From the human T2T-CHM13v2.0 reference genome, Homo sapiens, in assembly GCF_009914755.1 (NCBI RefSeq), contig NC_060934.1: 64,000 bases of DNA; one strand, given 5' to 3'. This document shows positions 12,716 to 30,085 of the stretch, piece after piece (positions within the stretch are counted from its first letter, which is position 1; every line of letters begins with the position of its first letter). The notes beneath the pieces were generated by a model that did no database searches, was not told the origin of the DNA, and worked only from the letters and a program-made list of their open reading frames with translations. The position numbers and the translations under genes are program-made.

Positions 12716-13145
12716 GTGTAACTAAAGTAAATTCCAAAAGTAAATGTTAAAGAATCATTTTTAAAACCAAGTAAAATAATGACCCTCATGCTGATATAAA
12801 ATGAACACATATTAAATATTTAACTCATTAATGTAGGAACCAATAAGATGTTGTAAGTTCAAAGGAGAATTCAAAGAACAGACTTAATTATAGATTAGGA
12901 ATATTGAAAAAAATGTGAAAATTGAAGGAAAACTGGCCTGGGCCATGGTGGAAAAAGGAAGCCAATTGAAATCCTGTCAGACAGAATGTTGCATTTCTAT
13001 AGGAATATTATTTTTTGCATTGCTAATGGCTATTGACAACTTACAGATTTGTAAAATGGCTCAATGCAAGGTTGGAATGAGATTTCCTGGAATAATGTAC
13101 CGTAGACAATGCAGTTTTCCCTGAATAACACATTTTTCCCCTACA
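12716..13145 (-). mobile_element. LTR37-like (ERV1) solo LTR
   Basis: 'taactcattaatg..ggaaccaataagatgtt...ttcaaaggagaattcaaaga' and terminus 'ttttcccctaca' match the recalled LTR37 consensus. Confidence 0.6.
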
Positions 13146-13199
13146 GTACATTGTTCCCTCTTTATTGGATAACTAGTATTTACCATTAAGATTTTGCTC

Positions 13200-13457
13200 A
13201 AGCATGTACCATAAGAAGCCTTCCCTGGTACCTTCTGTCTGTTTTTAGGTTTCCCTCTACCTCTCAAAATAGCTTATAAATAACAATCACTGGTCTCTAT
13301 ACATGGCATTATAATTCCATATTTATGATTTCCCTCAGTCCTTCTTCTTTAAGACCAGAACTATACCTTTTTATTTTATTTTTGCATAGTATTTGTATAG
13401 TGTTAGACACCTAGACAAAATTGACAAGTTGCCTACAGAATGAATGAGTGAATGAAT
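13200..13457 (+). mobile_element. L2 3' end
   Basis: 'agaagccttccctg' and terminal (gaat)n 'gaatgaatgagtgaatgaat'. Confidence 0.6.
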
Positions 13458-14220
13458 CAAGTAGTGATGGATGTATGCTTGTGTCAAATTTACATGAGCA
13501 TGTGTGATAGGAAAACATTTGTCATGCAGGATGCATCAGGGATTTGAGCATGGTCCCTTTAACTCTGAGCATTGCACAGCTCATATCATTACTAAATTAA
13601 ACTCTATGCTTACCTGACTTTGCTACAACCTTACTCTCTGATCCCAGAAAAATTCTGTATACCTTGAAACTAATTTATATTAGTGAAATACATATTCTTT
13701 ATTCTTGCAAAACTGCCTGTGAAAATGTTTTTTAATCATAGGTCATTTGACATTATAGTAATATATTTGCAAAAGTGGAAAGTTTTGCATAAGCACAAGT
13801 AATGATCTTTAACTACCTTAGAAATGATTTAAAGTAGGTGGTCAAAGAATCTTTACTTTTCTGGTATTTCTGGCATTATGGCAAAAGCAACGAAGCAAGA
13901 GCTAGTTCCTTCTCTTTACTTCCTTCCTGTAATCTTTGCAGGTTCTTTGTACATGTTAGGAAATAAACCTTTATTAGTTGAATCTCTAATCTGTTAGTAC
14001 ATTTTTTAAATTACTTAGCATTAAGTCTATAATGAGTAGACAGAGACCATATACATGACCCATTATTTAAAGGTTCTTAAATTTCAGATATGTTTACACA
14101 AAATTGTGCTTCTTCCGAATCCTTATTTCAGATGATTCTTGTTTGAATATATGTTGGCACCTGTATGTTCAAAACAGTGGAGGTGTCTTGGAAACCGCAA
14201 GATGCATCCTGCAAAAAGGT

Positions 14221-14434
14221 AGAGGGTGGTAGAGAGTGTCCTGAGTTTTAAATAAGTAGATTTTTGGATTTGAATTTGAGCTCTGTCAATTTCTATATGC
14301 ATGACCTGAAGCAAGCTACTTAATTTCTTTCTATTTCATTTTCCTTATATCTAAAATGAGAATAATAATCCTGATTTCATAGAGCTGAGGTGAGGGTAAG
14401 GCAGACAATGAATGCAACTGACTTATGAAAGCAA
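14221..14434 (+). mobile_element. MIR SINE
   Basis: Core 'ggatttgaatttgagctctgtc...atgacctgaagcaagctacttaa...ttccttatatctaaaatgagaataataat'. Confidence 0.8.
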
Positions 14435-15755
14435 CTGGGGAATGCATTCATTCCCCAGCCATTCCCTGGAGTACACCTTGTTTTATCTGCATTTGTTCAT
14501 CCCTGTTTCTTACTTTCTATATTACCTCCTTGTCAGTCACCACCTTCTTTAAATCCTTCATGGTTGAGCTTAAAACCCACCCATTCCTGCCTTGTTGATT
14601 GGTTTTTCTTGTCACTGCCAAGTAGACTGTGGGCTCAGTGAGAGCAGAGGCTCTGCTCTGACTTGTTGAGAGACCCCAGAGCACCTCCTACGGTCTGGCA
14701 GCCCACACCCAGTGGACTAAAATGCAGCCCTGGCACCATCTTTCTATACTTCTTTTCTCAGAGGTGTTGCCTCATTTTGACCTGTGTTCTCTAGAAACCC
14801 AAGAAATTTTCTCTAAAGAACAGACTTAAAGCGAATATAGTTTACTCCGTGCTGTTCATGGTTCTGAATAGAGTTGGCGCATATATAGTGGGTTTGATTT
14901 TCTTTACCAAGCTGCCCTGTAGTTCGAGCAGCTTGCACATATGCTTCCAGATAGACTCACCCAGCATGCCTTCCAGAATCCAATACAGCTTCAGAATTCC
15001 AGAGAGTGAGGACTGACCTAGGGTCAAATGCATCAACCTGCTCCATCACCAAAATGCTGCTGGAGGATTGAACAGATGTGTGTCAATGCTTGTGGTATCA
15101 GTAAAACATACGAAAACATGGATTTATTTTAACTCCCTGTGGTCTGAAGTTGTAAGGTAGAGATACAAAAATTCATACACTGTGATTTTTTTTGCTGTTA
15201 TTTTCTTCTTCACAGTGTATTTATTCCTTCTGAGCATCTTTGGCCATGCACTGTGTTTTCTTTAATGAAAGTAGAAAATTTGTATCCTCATTGCTTATTT
15301 TTAGCACTGTTGCTATGATAAACTGTAGCCTAGGCATCTTATTAAAATCAATTGAGGATTTGAATTATTATTCCCTTTAATATTGTGGCATTACTATTCT
15401 TTCTGAAAATATTTCACCATGTATGAATCTATCCAAATATTTCCTATGACTTACTGGAAAGATATTTCTCATCTATTTAAGGGATATATAAAAAATAGCC
15501 TCATAGGGGTTGGGGACAAATGTTTTTGTTTTCCTCTGGATTGTTTTTGTGGGAAAGTGTTAGGTGCAATTATTTTTTTCAATACTCTGCTTAAGAATAA
15601 TTTGTAATATCTTTAGGATGAAGTTGCATAGTACAAAACAACTTTTTGTGAATAAAGTAATTGACAATTTTGGTTTTAATTACCACATGTCATGACTAGT
15701 AGACTTCCTAACAAAACACATAGATTGGGCAACCTGAATTTTTCTACATAAAAAT

Positions 15756-15791
15756 TGAGGTCTTACAATATCATGAGGTCTTACAATATCA
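15756..15791. repeat. Perfect 18-bp tandem duplication (tgaggtcttacaatatca)x2
   Basis: Read directly from the sequence. Confidence 0.95.
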
Positions 15792-16163
15792 GTGAAGCAA
15801 TAATCTGCATTCCAAGACTTTATGCTGTTTCACATGTGTAAATAGCAACTACAGCATCTACTATTTCTGCCATGGAGTCTGGGACTGTTTCAAGGCTGTT
15901 CATCTATGATTTTCATTCTCAGTACCAGGATCATGGGCAGGAATGGAGCTTGAAGAGATCTGGGCCCACTCACAAGGGTTTTTAAGAATCAGGAGATGGT
16001 AATTATTAAGAGGAGGTAAGAACTGAGTTAAACCTAAAGGGTCGACTTATATTTTAGGCTGTTAGACCAGAATTATACCTCCCTTTAAACTAGATAAACA
16101 TACTAGCATAAAACAACCTGCAGTGATGAAGGGGAGGCCATTAAACCCAAAGAGTCCTAGTTC

Positions 16164-16356
16164 TAGGCCAAGTGTTAGGCTATCTGCTTTCGTAAGTACA
16201 TCCCATTTAATCTTCCTAACAACCCTGCTAGGCACAAGTTATTATCCCCATTTCACAGATGAAGAAACCAGGCTCGGGGAGATTAAATAACTTCCTCGTT
16301 GTAAGGGGTTGCACTGGCATTTAAGCTTAGCCCTTATGATTCAAAGCTTATGCTTT
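16164..16356 (-). mobile_element. MIR SINE
   Basis: 'catttaatcttcctaacaaccctg...attatccccatttcacagatgaagaaac' is the reverse MIR core. Confidence 0.85.
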
Positions 16357-16414
16357 ATGTTATATGATGCTAAAATAAAGGCATGGTTTTTTTCCCATGG
16401 AAGAATGTCCTTCA

Positions 16415-16583
16415 TATTTTTTAAAGTTGTAGTAAGTAGCACATAAATGAGACCTACTCTTAAGAAATTTTATAAGTGTATAGTACAGCATTAACTATAA
16501 GCACAGTGTTATATAGCAGTTCTCTAGAACTTTTGTAACTTGCATGACTGAAACTCTATACCCATTGAATAGAAACTCTCCAT
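16415..16583 (-). mobile_element. L1MA9/L1MB-type 3' end fragment
   Basis: 'ttaactataagcacagtgttatatagcagttctctagaactt...gcatgactgaaactctatacccattgaa'. Confidence 0.8.
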
Positions 16584-17464
16584 AGGTCTTTACATCTATA
16601 ACTAAATTCTGATCACCCATTCCTCTCCCGGCACTGCTTATTTGTTTGTTGGTTTTGTTTTGTATAGAGGGGGAAAGGTGCCACATTAATGCCGAGTTCA
16701 AGGTCACTGTTTAACCAACAGGTCTTGGGGTAGCAATTGCTATAACATGTCAATAGCCAGATTCACCATAAAGGTGATCAGACTACTACCACGCTGTTTT
16801 ATTAATCACTGTATGAATTTGATTATAATTTATAATCACCAACATAGTTTCTGTTCCATTTAGGTGACAGACTGTTGATTTACTTTGAATTCCAAGATGG
16901 CAGTGCCCCTCTGAGTCAGGCAGGGTATATTTTAAGTCACAGTTACTTGAGAAGTCCCTCCCCAAAGCAGATCACAGACATCACTTCTTCGTCTGGTTGA
17001 GAAGCTTCTGGATGGAGTCAGACTGCCTGGCAGATCCTGGCTGCACTCCAGAGAACTATGAGCACTGCCAGACAGCCCCCTGGCACTAGGGCTGGCCAAA
17101 CAGTCATGGCACAAGGATCCTCTGTACTTTTACTGGGCACCAAGCCCAGCTCCATCAGGGCAGAATGTGGAGCTCAGCAGTTTGAAGTCTGGTCTCCATG
17201 GCACTAGGGCCAAAGGCAAGCTACAGAAATTCCAAGGCAACTGCATTGTCTCTGGTGTAGGCACATGACACATTCCACCCAAAAAATTAAGAGAGGCTGT
17301 ATCCTGTCCCTGATCCAAGGTAGGAAGAAAATTCTCTCCTTTTCCCTTCTTTGTTCACATTATTCAAATTGCTTTCAAACGGTTTGAAAAATCGATTTTT
17401 TTCTAATAAACTCATGGTCTTTTAAACAGGTCTAACAGCATTGGCAGGATCTCATATGAATGAG

Positions 17465-17664
17465 CACAGTACTAGAAGACATCACGATGAGGCCTTATTC
17501 CAACTTCAGGTTGCAGTGTGTTTTCAACATGGCACTTAAACTTGGTGAACCTCAGTTTTCTCTTATTTTAATTACAATATTCATGGCATCTGCCTCACAC
17601 GGGCTTTCCAGGGTTGTTTTGAGAACTAAGGGGAAAACTGTGTGTTCAAGAATTTGGCAAACTG
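17465..17664 (+). mobile_element. MIR SINE
   Basis: 'cacttaaacttggtgaacctcagttttctc...gggttgttttgagaactaa'. Confidence 0.65.
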
Positions 17665-18139
17665 GGGACATAGTGTGTGTATGCCATGTTTATGAATACT
17701 CCTAAGTAAGTCAACTTCGTAAGGGTTGGGTCTCTGTGGCATACAGAAGGTGCTCATGAATGCCTCAAAAGTCGTGGAAAGGAATCTTAGTGTGGGGAGG
17801 GGGGAGAGAGAGAGAGAGAGCAAAAAAAGAAGAAAGAATTCAAATCTCGGAAAACCCAAATATGCTTTTGAAATTAGTAATCTACACCCAGTAAAAATCT
17901 TAAAATCTTGCTTTTGTTCATTATGGGATACCCAAGAGATTTAATCTTTCACTAATTGTTTAAAAATCTTTTATAAACTGAAAGCACACCCAACATTAAG
18001 AGTTCTGAGCATTCTGAATTACTTACATTTGTAAAATTCCTTTTGAAAAATGTAAACCAAGCTTATTTCATAATGGTTTCTTCAAATCACTTTTTCCTAT
18101 TGTAGTGTCCTTTACTGTCTATACACGGGATCACATGTT

Positions 18140-18372
18140 AATAGTACCAACTGTCCTGAGCCCTTTCCAAACACCAGGCTGTATCTAACCCTTTATCATA
18201 AGATGTCTCATTGACTTCTCATTGCAACCCTAAGATGGTCATTTTTACCATTTTACCCACTTTGCAGTTGAAGCTGGTTGGAGCAGTTACATAACTCAAG
18301 AAAAGGGGCAATGCTCATAAGTAAGAAGATGAGGACTCAATTTCAGACTACTAGAAGTCACAACCCATGAGT
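18140..18372 (-). mobile_element. MIR SINE
   Basis: 'tctcattgacttctcattgcaaccctaaga...cccactttgcagttgaag'. Confidence 0.55.
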
Positions 18373-20097
18373 TTTGTTTTGTTTTTTCTTCAAAGAGCCA
18401 TTCAAGACTCCATTTGCCAAGCCTAGACATGGCTTTTATGGAGTGAATTTGATCTTTATTAATAGCTGGAGGCACTGCATAAAAGGAACTTCTGGCCAGA
18501 GCCTAGTGGTAGTTAATCCCAGTGACCCAGCCTCATTCATTCATCTGTTTGCTTCTGGGACTACCACCTGAACATTTGTTTTGTCTTGGCTTCTTCCCTG
18601 CAGCTTGATACTTCACATGTGTCTCTGTTCTGTCTCTCCCAGTTCATCAAACTGGTTTCTGTCATCCTCTCTTCCATGTTTGACTTCTTGAGCACTCCAC
18701 TTGTCCTCCCTGATCAACACTAGCCTAGTGAGGAAGAGAGAGGCCATGTATTCTATTTTCAGGTTGTTTTATGAAGCAGTTAGGCCCCACTGAGCTCAGA
18801 GGAGTGTGCTAAGGAAGTCTATGGAAACAATGCACAGTTGTATAATTTTGTTTTGAAATGTGTTCTGATAATACTTTTTCAGGCATCAAAGTTGCCTAAT
18901 CCCTAAAAATATACAGGTGTATTATATAAAGAGGATAAGATATTATGCAGCTTAAACTCCTGGAAAAGTTCTCATTAGTTATATTTTACAACCAAGTTCC
19001 AATGCGAAGCAGCCTGTTTGTGAGTGATGATTAGCGCTGCCAATGCCCCAGCAGTAGCAGGAAAGAATGTCATGAAATGATCCAACTTCCATTAGAAAAT
19101 AATGACTGTCTTGGCTGAGCAACATTTTTTAAATTAAATACCAACAATTCCTAGTAATCAGAGAGCCTATTAGCCATGAAATTCGATTTCAGTATCAGAG
19201 ACTATTCACTTACCAAATGGGAGCCAAATAATTGTGAGTGGAATTTACAGTGCCGCATTGGGGATAGTAGTAAATATTATGGAAGTGGCACTAGGGTATA
19301 GCTTCAGCTCTGGGGAAATGTGGCATTTTAAAATTTCAGTAGCAAGTTAGTGTGATGATTAACAGAATGCAGTCATTAATTTCCAAGGCATGATATTTTC
19401 TCTTTAGTCATTTGAGAACCCAAGGTCTTACAGTGAACTCGTCATTAATTGCTACTTAGCTTCACTGGGCTTTTCCAAATGTCCATCAGCTCCCTTGAGA
19501 TAAAATCAGGAATCTTTGCATTAGAATTAGCCTTAATTTATGGAGGGAGGTGTTCTTGATCCCAGGAGTGATCTTTAGGAAGACTGGAAAATAAGTTTAT
19601 CATTTCTGCCAGCTCAGGTCTAAGTGTTCTCTCTTCTTTTCACATGGTCTCTCCTGACGCATCACTGCCCAGGTCACCTCTTCAATCCTTCCTCATTCTT
19701 TGCAATCCCTGTTCAGGGATATGGGAAGAAAGTATTCACTATCTACTTCTGCCATGAATTGTGTCAAGTAACCCAGACACAAATAGTGGAAGTATATTAT
19801 TAAGCAGGCCCATGTAGATTAAATACTGCTCCACAGCACAAAGTTAATAAGGGTTAAGAAGGAGGATTCATACCTAGGTCTATCCTCAGAACACTTGTTC
19901 TTTACATTATTGCACTATGGAAATAAAAGTTGATAAAATTTTAGGTGAATACATTGCTCTGCCATTTTCTAATTTCCTTTTAATACATTTTGAAGGAAAC
20001 TTACGCTTGGAAATTAATGTTTTCCACATGCAGCACTAAATTTCACCACCGTCTTTCAACAGTACAAATCCAATGGAGGAACTTTCAGTATTTTTCA

Positions 20098-20242
20098 AAC
20101 ATATATATACATCCATGCATATGTATACAGGTATGGTATACACAAATATACCCATATGTATACACATGCACACACAAACACAGACATATGTACATATATA
20201 TACACTTACATACATATATGTTATATATACAATATATATGTA
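20098..20242. repeat. Degenerate (TA/CA/TG)n alternating purine-pyrimidine tract
   Basis: 'acatatatatacatccatgcatatgtatac...tatatacaatatatatgta'. Confidence 0.85.
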
Positions 20243-21699
20243 ATCTTTCATAATATCTTTCTTTTTTATCCATGAGGACTGAACTTTGCCTAACTGAAAA
20301 ATCTCTCTCTTGGCACCCATATATGTGTCTCTACAAACTTGTTGGCAAACTGTATACTGGCACATGCATTCTACAAGACCACCAGGCTCAAAAGCAGAAC
20401 ATTTGGCGGATAGAAACTGCAGTGGCAGGCTTTCTAAAGAATAAGGCAGGAGAAGAACCCCACAGAGATGCATGGAGAAGATAAAACAATTTGTCTGTTG
20501 TCACACCCTAGGAAGGGTCAAGCCAGGCATTCAATCCATACTTAGCTGGTCCCAAAGTCCATATTCTGTCCACTACATTAACCTGCTGCTGTCAGAAAAA
20601 GAAAATGACAGATTTATAGTTCTCCTCTCCCTGCCCCAGTATATGTCAGCATTTTTAGGTATATTTGAACAAAAACTGAAGTTCATGCATGTCAATTGTT
20701 CTTCTAAAAGCCTTCTTAGTGGAAACATAGGGAAACATGGCCTTTAGACATGCCCAAAGAGAACACATTTGTTAGAAAACTCAATGTTATGATGTATCAT
20801 TTAGAGTTAACAGGTAAAACATTGCATATCAGCTGATTTTAGGAAGGACCAAATGCCATGCATATTTCTGCCATGAGTGCTTTTTACTTGCCATAGTGGG
20901 CCATAAGTAATTAAACTATGTCATTCGCATTTGAAAATACCATGACTACAGGCCTTACAAATAGTCTCCTTCCTAAGTTCTGTGGCTGTTAGAATTTGGG
21001 AATTGACATTGTTTCTTTTTTTGTAAGGAGTCCTTATGGCTTTCAGATCCCTTACTGGAATTCTTGCCACAAGAGGGATACTGAGCAGTGAAGGTTTACA
21101 AGTCTCCCTTGCGCTTGTGCATATGGATTAACTTCACTCTTTTAATACCTTACTTCTCCATCAGTTCTAGAGCCCACTGTGAGCTGAGGTGAAGGCACAT
21201 TTTCCCTCCCAACAGGAAAGTGACCAATATTATATTTACTTCCTGGGGCAAATGGCTTTCTGTCAGCTTTACTTGTAAATCTGCCTCATTCTACTGGATC
21301 TATCTCTAAACCTAATTGCTTGCATACTGCCCAAAGCCACCTTTGGGAGCTATTTGTGAAGACTTTCTCTCATTTGTAAGCTACAAAGTCTCCAAAACAC
21401 ATATTTTCCCTCATAATCAGAGGTTGTTTTTGCTTTGGTCAGGAACAACATTCCTCAAAATATCTGTAGGGGGCTAATAAGTCACAAAGTGTTCCTGAGT
21501 AGACCAGGAGGTGTATGACGAAGATCTATGTCTTTCTCCCTCCTTCTATCCTTCTCTCTCCCTTCACCCTTCCTTCCTTCTTTCCTTCTTTTCTTCCTTT
21601 TTGCCATATGAGAGAAGAATGGTCTACTGATCTCTCTCTCTCTCTCTGTGTCTGTGTATTTCATTAAATGGCATTCCATTGCAATCTTCCCAACAACCA

Positions 21700-21870
21700 A
21701 AGTCAGAGTTGAAGATCATTCAGTCCAATCTCCTTATTTTACAGTTAAAAAACAAAAACACAAAACACAAAACTACCCCAGATGGGCGAAATGACTTGGT
21801 CAAGTCACATAGTATTGGGCCTAGGGCCTGAACCCAGATTCTTTGAGTCCAAGTACAGTTTACTTTTAGG
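21700..21870 (-). mobile_element. MIR SINE
   Basis: 'gatcattcagtccaatctccttattttacag...atgacttggtcaagtcacatag...ctgaacccagattctttgagtcc'. Confidence 0.75.
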
Positions 21871-23546
21871 TAGTTAGAGATATAAAGTGGCCACTGAGAT
21901 ACAGTGCAATAGAGGATTTCCGGCTTTTTCCCCATCCAAAATAATCTCAGTCAAAGACAGTTTGAGGGAATATACTGATTTTGAACATGAAACCAAAATT
22001 ATAGAGAACAGAATTTTTTAAAAAAAATTTGAGTATATTTAATTTATTGAAAAATTTAAATTGGATATTATTTGTTTTTGTTGCTTTTATTTCCAATGGC
22101 GATGGCATTTGGAACTGAAATTTAAAGTGTAGGATTAGGAAGTAGCTTTCGCATTTACCTTTATTTTTTGCAAATACCTATGCATATACATAGATTTTCA
22201 ACTATGTTTTCATAGGATTTAATGGAAATTGTCAAAAATGTCTCAAGATAGTTATGATTTTTAAATGTTATGTTTAGAATTACTGATCAATTTATGATCA
22301 AAACTGCAAACAGTAATTGTAAATATTTTGAAGTTGGTGATACTGTATTTTTCCCCACTATTTGCTACTCTGATTCTTAAATTTAATGGACTCATGTTGA
22401 AGACAAAGTATTTACAGTTATAAACACATAATACATTTAGAATTGTCAATGGAAGCTTGACTTTTTCTCATAGGATGGTTCATTGTGGTTAAGACTTCAT
22501 TAGCATCAGTAATGTGTAGGAAACTTAACCTCTCATTTTCGAATGAAAAGTGTTCAGAATTTTTCAACTATTAGGCTGTTTGAGTTATCTGTGCTAGACA
22601 TTTCTTGTGATATTTTTGTCATTTAGTTTTTATCTGTTTTTAATATCAAGGGAAAGTGAATGCTAGGTCAACGTATTTTGAATAAAATTATAGACAAAAC
22701 CTTTTGAGTAATAATTATGTAGTAGGATGCAAACTGACACATAATGGTAACATTCGCAAAACATTTTATTAGAGATTTTTTCCTAAGAGGACATGAAATT
22801 TTGGCATTATTTTTATTCTGCTATATTTGTCATTAGATATGTAGACAGTTTCATGCCTGCTCATTTAAAATGTATGAGAATCTGTGGCAGTGTCACTGGT
22901 CCCTGGGAAATAAATGATGTCATTAAAATAACATTAGGACTTTGAGCTTCTTAAACCCAGAATTATTATCTTTAAGTGAGGACAACTGCATGGCAGAAAA
23001 TGTTGATGAGTCTCTTAGTGCTTAATTCAAGTGTTGTGTGATGGTTTTCCTGTACAAATCTACACTATATTGATAGTACCTGAGAGGGAAGAAAACAAAT
23101 AAGCAAGTTCAAGCTTATGAACTACTACATTTCTCCACACTTAAGTGTGTCTTATTTCTTACCTCAATCAAATATTAGTTGGCTCAGAATAAAACTTTTT
23201 TTTAAAAAAAGCTAAAATTATCTCTTTGCTTTGCTTGTTCTTGTGGTACTACTGTTTCAAAAAGTCATTATTTAGTGATAAATATATTTGTGTTCAGGGC
23301 TGTTATTTTAAGTTAGAAGAGTAGAATATGTAGTTCTTTTTATCAAATAATCCCAGTCCTTAACTTCTTAATTTTGATCAATTTCTGTTTGGGTAGTGAA
23401 TATATTTGGAGTATTTTTGCACACTGGAGAATCATCCTGTCACCTCCACACATGGAATAACATAGGTAGGTATAACACTCTGGTCCATTTCTGGGCAGTT
23501 GCTTTGCTTTATATTATATATTTTTGATGATCTAATGCTTGTAATA

Positions 23547-24386
23547 CAGTAAGTCCTCACTTAACATAGTTAATAGGATCTTGGAAACTGCAACTTTAAG
23601 TCATACCACAAAATTGGTTTTGACATATAACAAAACCAGTTTTACCATAAGCTAATTGATATAAACAACAGTTAAGTTCCTGCTGCATATTTCTGGTGTA
23701 CAAAACATCACCAAACTTCTAAATAAATACCAAACCTCTTCTAATATTAAACATTGAAGTAAAGTGTTATCTGTATATACATTTAAGATAGACTAATAAA
23801 AACAAGTAAGGTAATTGTTTATTTCATTTTTGGTGAATGAGTGAGCGACAGTGATTGTTTGTATTGGTGGTGAGTTTAATCCAGGAATGAAGGTTTGCAA
23901 AGTGAAAATTGTCAGGGACGCTTCCTACCACCACACAGTTAACAATTACAAATGTGGTGAGCTAACCGAGAGCTTCTGTACCACATAGTTTATTGTTGAG
24001 CATGTGTATGATTATCATATACTTTATGAAGTTTTGCTTTACAATAATTTGTATTTATTAATTCACTTTCCAACTCTCTCACTGTAGTTCAGGGTTGCAG
24101 GTGGCCAGATCCTATTTCAGGAGCTCATGGGGCAAGGCAGCACCTAACCGTGGACAAGATACCCTTCCATCATAGGGCACACTCACCCACATACCCACAC
24201 TCACTCAGGCTGGAACAATGTAGACATGCCAACAAAACTAACATGCACATCTAAGGGATGTGAGAGAAAACAAGAGTATCCAGAGAAAAAACATGCAGAC
24301 ATGGAGAGAACATGCCAACACCACACAGACAGCGACCCCAGCTGGAAATCAGTGTTTTTCCCCCATTAACATCATAACGAAATAAT
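23547..24386 (-). mobile_element. MER6 (TcMar-Tigger) DNA transposon, main part
   Basis: TA followed by TIR 'cagtaagtcctcacttaac'; internal 'aaacatcaccaaacttctaaataaa' and a SINE-like segment 'gcacatctaagggatgtgagagaaaa...gcagacatggagagaacatgc'. Confidence 0.9.
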
Positions 24387-27481
<3,095 letters not shown>

Positions 27482-27544
27482 AGACCATCGAGACTAGGAA
27501 GAAACTGCATCAACTAATGAGCAAAATAACCAGCTAACATCATA

Positions 27545-28802
<1,258 letters not shown>

Positions 28803-28898
28803 TAAACTAGAAAATCTAGAAGAAATGGATAAATTCCTCGACACATACACCCTCCCAGGACTAAACCAGGAAGAAGTTGAATCTCTGAATAGACCACT

Positions 28899-28930
28899 AT
28901 AACAAAATAATGTTATTCAAAGTTCATCTG
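28899..28930 (-). mobile_element. MER6 terminal remnant beyond the L1
   Basis: 'ataacaaaataatgttattcaaagttcatctg' matches the decayed MER6 TIR end. Confidence 0.7.
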
Positions 28931-30085
28931 ACATGCTTTTTCATTTATTCTTTGTACGGTATAGGAAGAATAAGTATATGCTTTTTATGATATACTTAGG
29001 TCTTTTCTCAGGTTAGGAAACTCTTCTTCAAGTAAGGCTTTGATAATTGTTTCACTGCAAAGATTGCTGCCTTATTTTTTAGATTTGGATGTCTGTTGTC
29101 TGCATTCAACATCAATCATAAGAGGACCCTTCATCATTTTCACCTTGTGTGTTTTAGATAGCTCAAGTAGTTTCTATATAACACTCCTCATATATTGCTT
29201 TGGATACATTCTGTTTCTTAATGTTTCCAATGGGTGTTATTTTTTCTGCTGTTGCAGTTAGAGCTTCCTTAAATCCTACTTCTTTACATTTAAAAAACAA
29301 TTATAAGGGGGCTGCCAAGTAACTTTCCAAAATTTTCTCTTAGCTCCTATTGAAAGCTATTTTCAAAGATAACTGTTCCCCAAGACTTTATGTTGTTTCT
29401 GCTTTTTCTTTTCTTTCCAGAGTTTTTGGATTTTTATGTGAGATTTTTGTGTACATTTAGATTGCAGTGAGAAAAGCCCATTCCAAACCCCATGTTTTTC
29501 AAAAGAGAGGGTCTATGGAGAACCCTTGGGCACTCTCTGCATCCAATTGGATGCTGGTCAAATTTCTGTCTCATATCAATAGCTGCAATAGATGGATATG
29601 AGTAGCCCAGAGCTCAGTTTAAAAGCACCAAGCTGACATTCATCTCGTGTGACCCTGCTGGTTTGAGATGAACCCATAAAATCCATAAAATTAAAAATCT
29701 CAATAATCATAGCCCCTAGGAATCTAAGAATTGTTTATTTCCTGTTGTGCCTATAGTGTTGAATTTGCAGGAATGACTTATTGTAGAACAGAATATGTTT
29801 CATTTTCTGTACCATCCCCTATTATCCACCCCACACACTCACCAGCAACATATGGTCTTCCTTTCCAGTGTTTTCTCTGAAACTTCAGTTCTGAACAGAT
29901 ATACTAAGATGGATAAGCAGTGATGGGGCTGAAGGAGAGTGATGCTTTAACTGCGCTTTGTGTTCAAGGAGTGGAATATTCAGACATGTTAGACTGAGTA
30001 TTAAATGTTCACCAAGTCACTTCAACCTCATCCTTCATTTTTAATTTTCTTCATACATTACTGTCAGAAATTATTCTGTTTAATT

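Noticed and set aside
14955-15030. Possible 57-nt minus-strand exon (14961-15017; ccctag|...tgg|gtgagt)
   Set aside because: Acceptor lacks a real pyrimidine tract and the peptide is unrecognisable.
16850-16930. Possible plus-strand exon encoding DRLLIYFEFQDGSAPLSQA
   Set aside because: Weak donor (gtatat), no recognisable homology.
20036-20473. 145-aa ORF with a Y/I/V/C/M-rich tail
   Set aside because: Artefact of the (TA/TG)n low-complexity tract.
29539-29554. 16-bp palindrome gcatccaattggatgc
   Set aside because: About one is expected by chance in 64 kb (64000/4^8).
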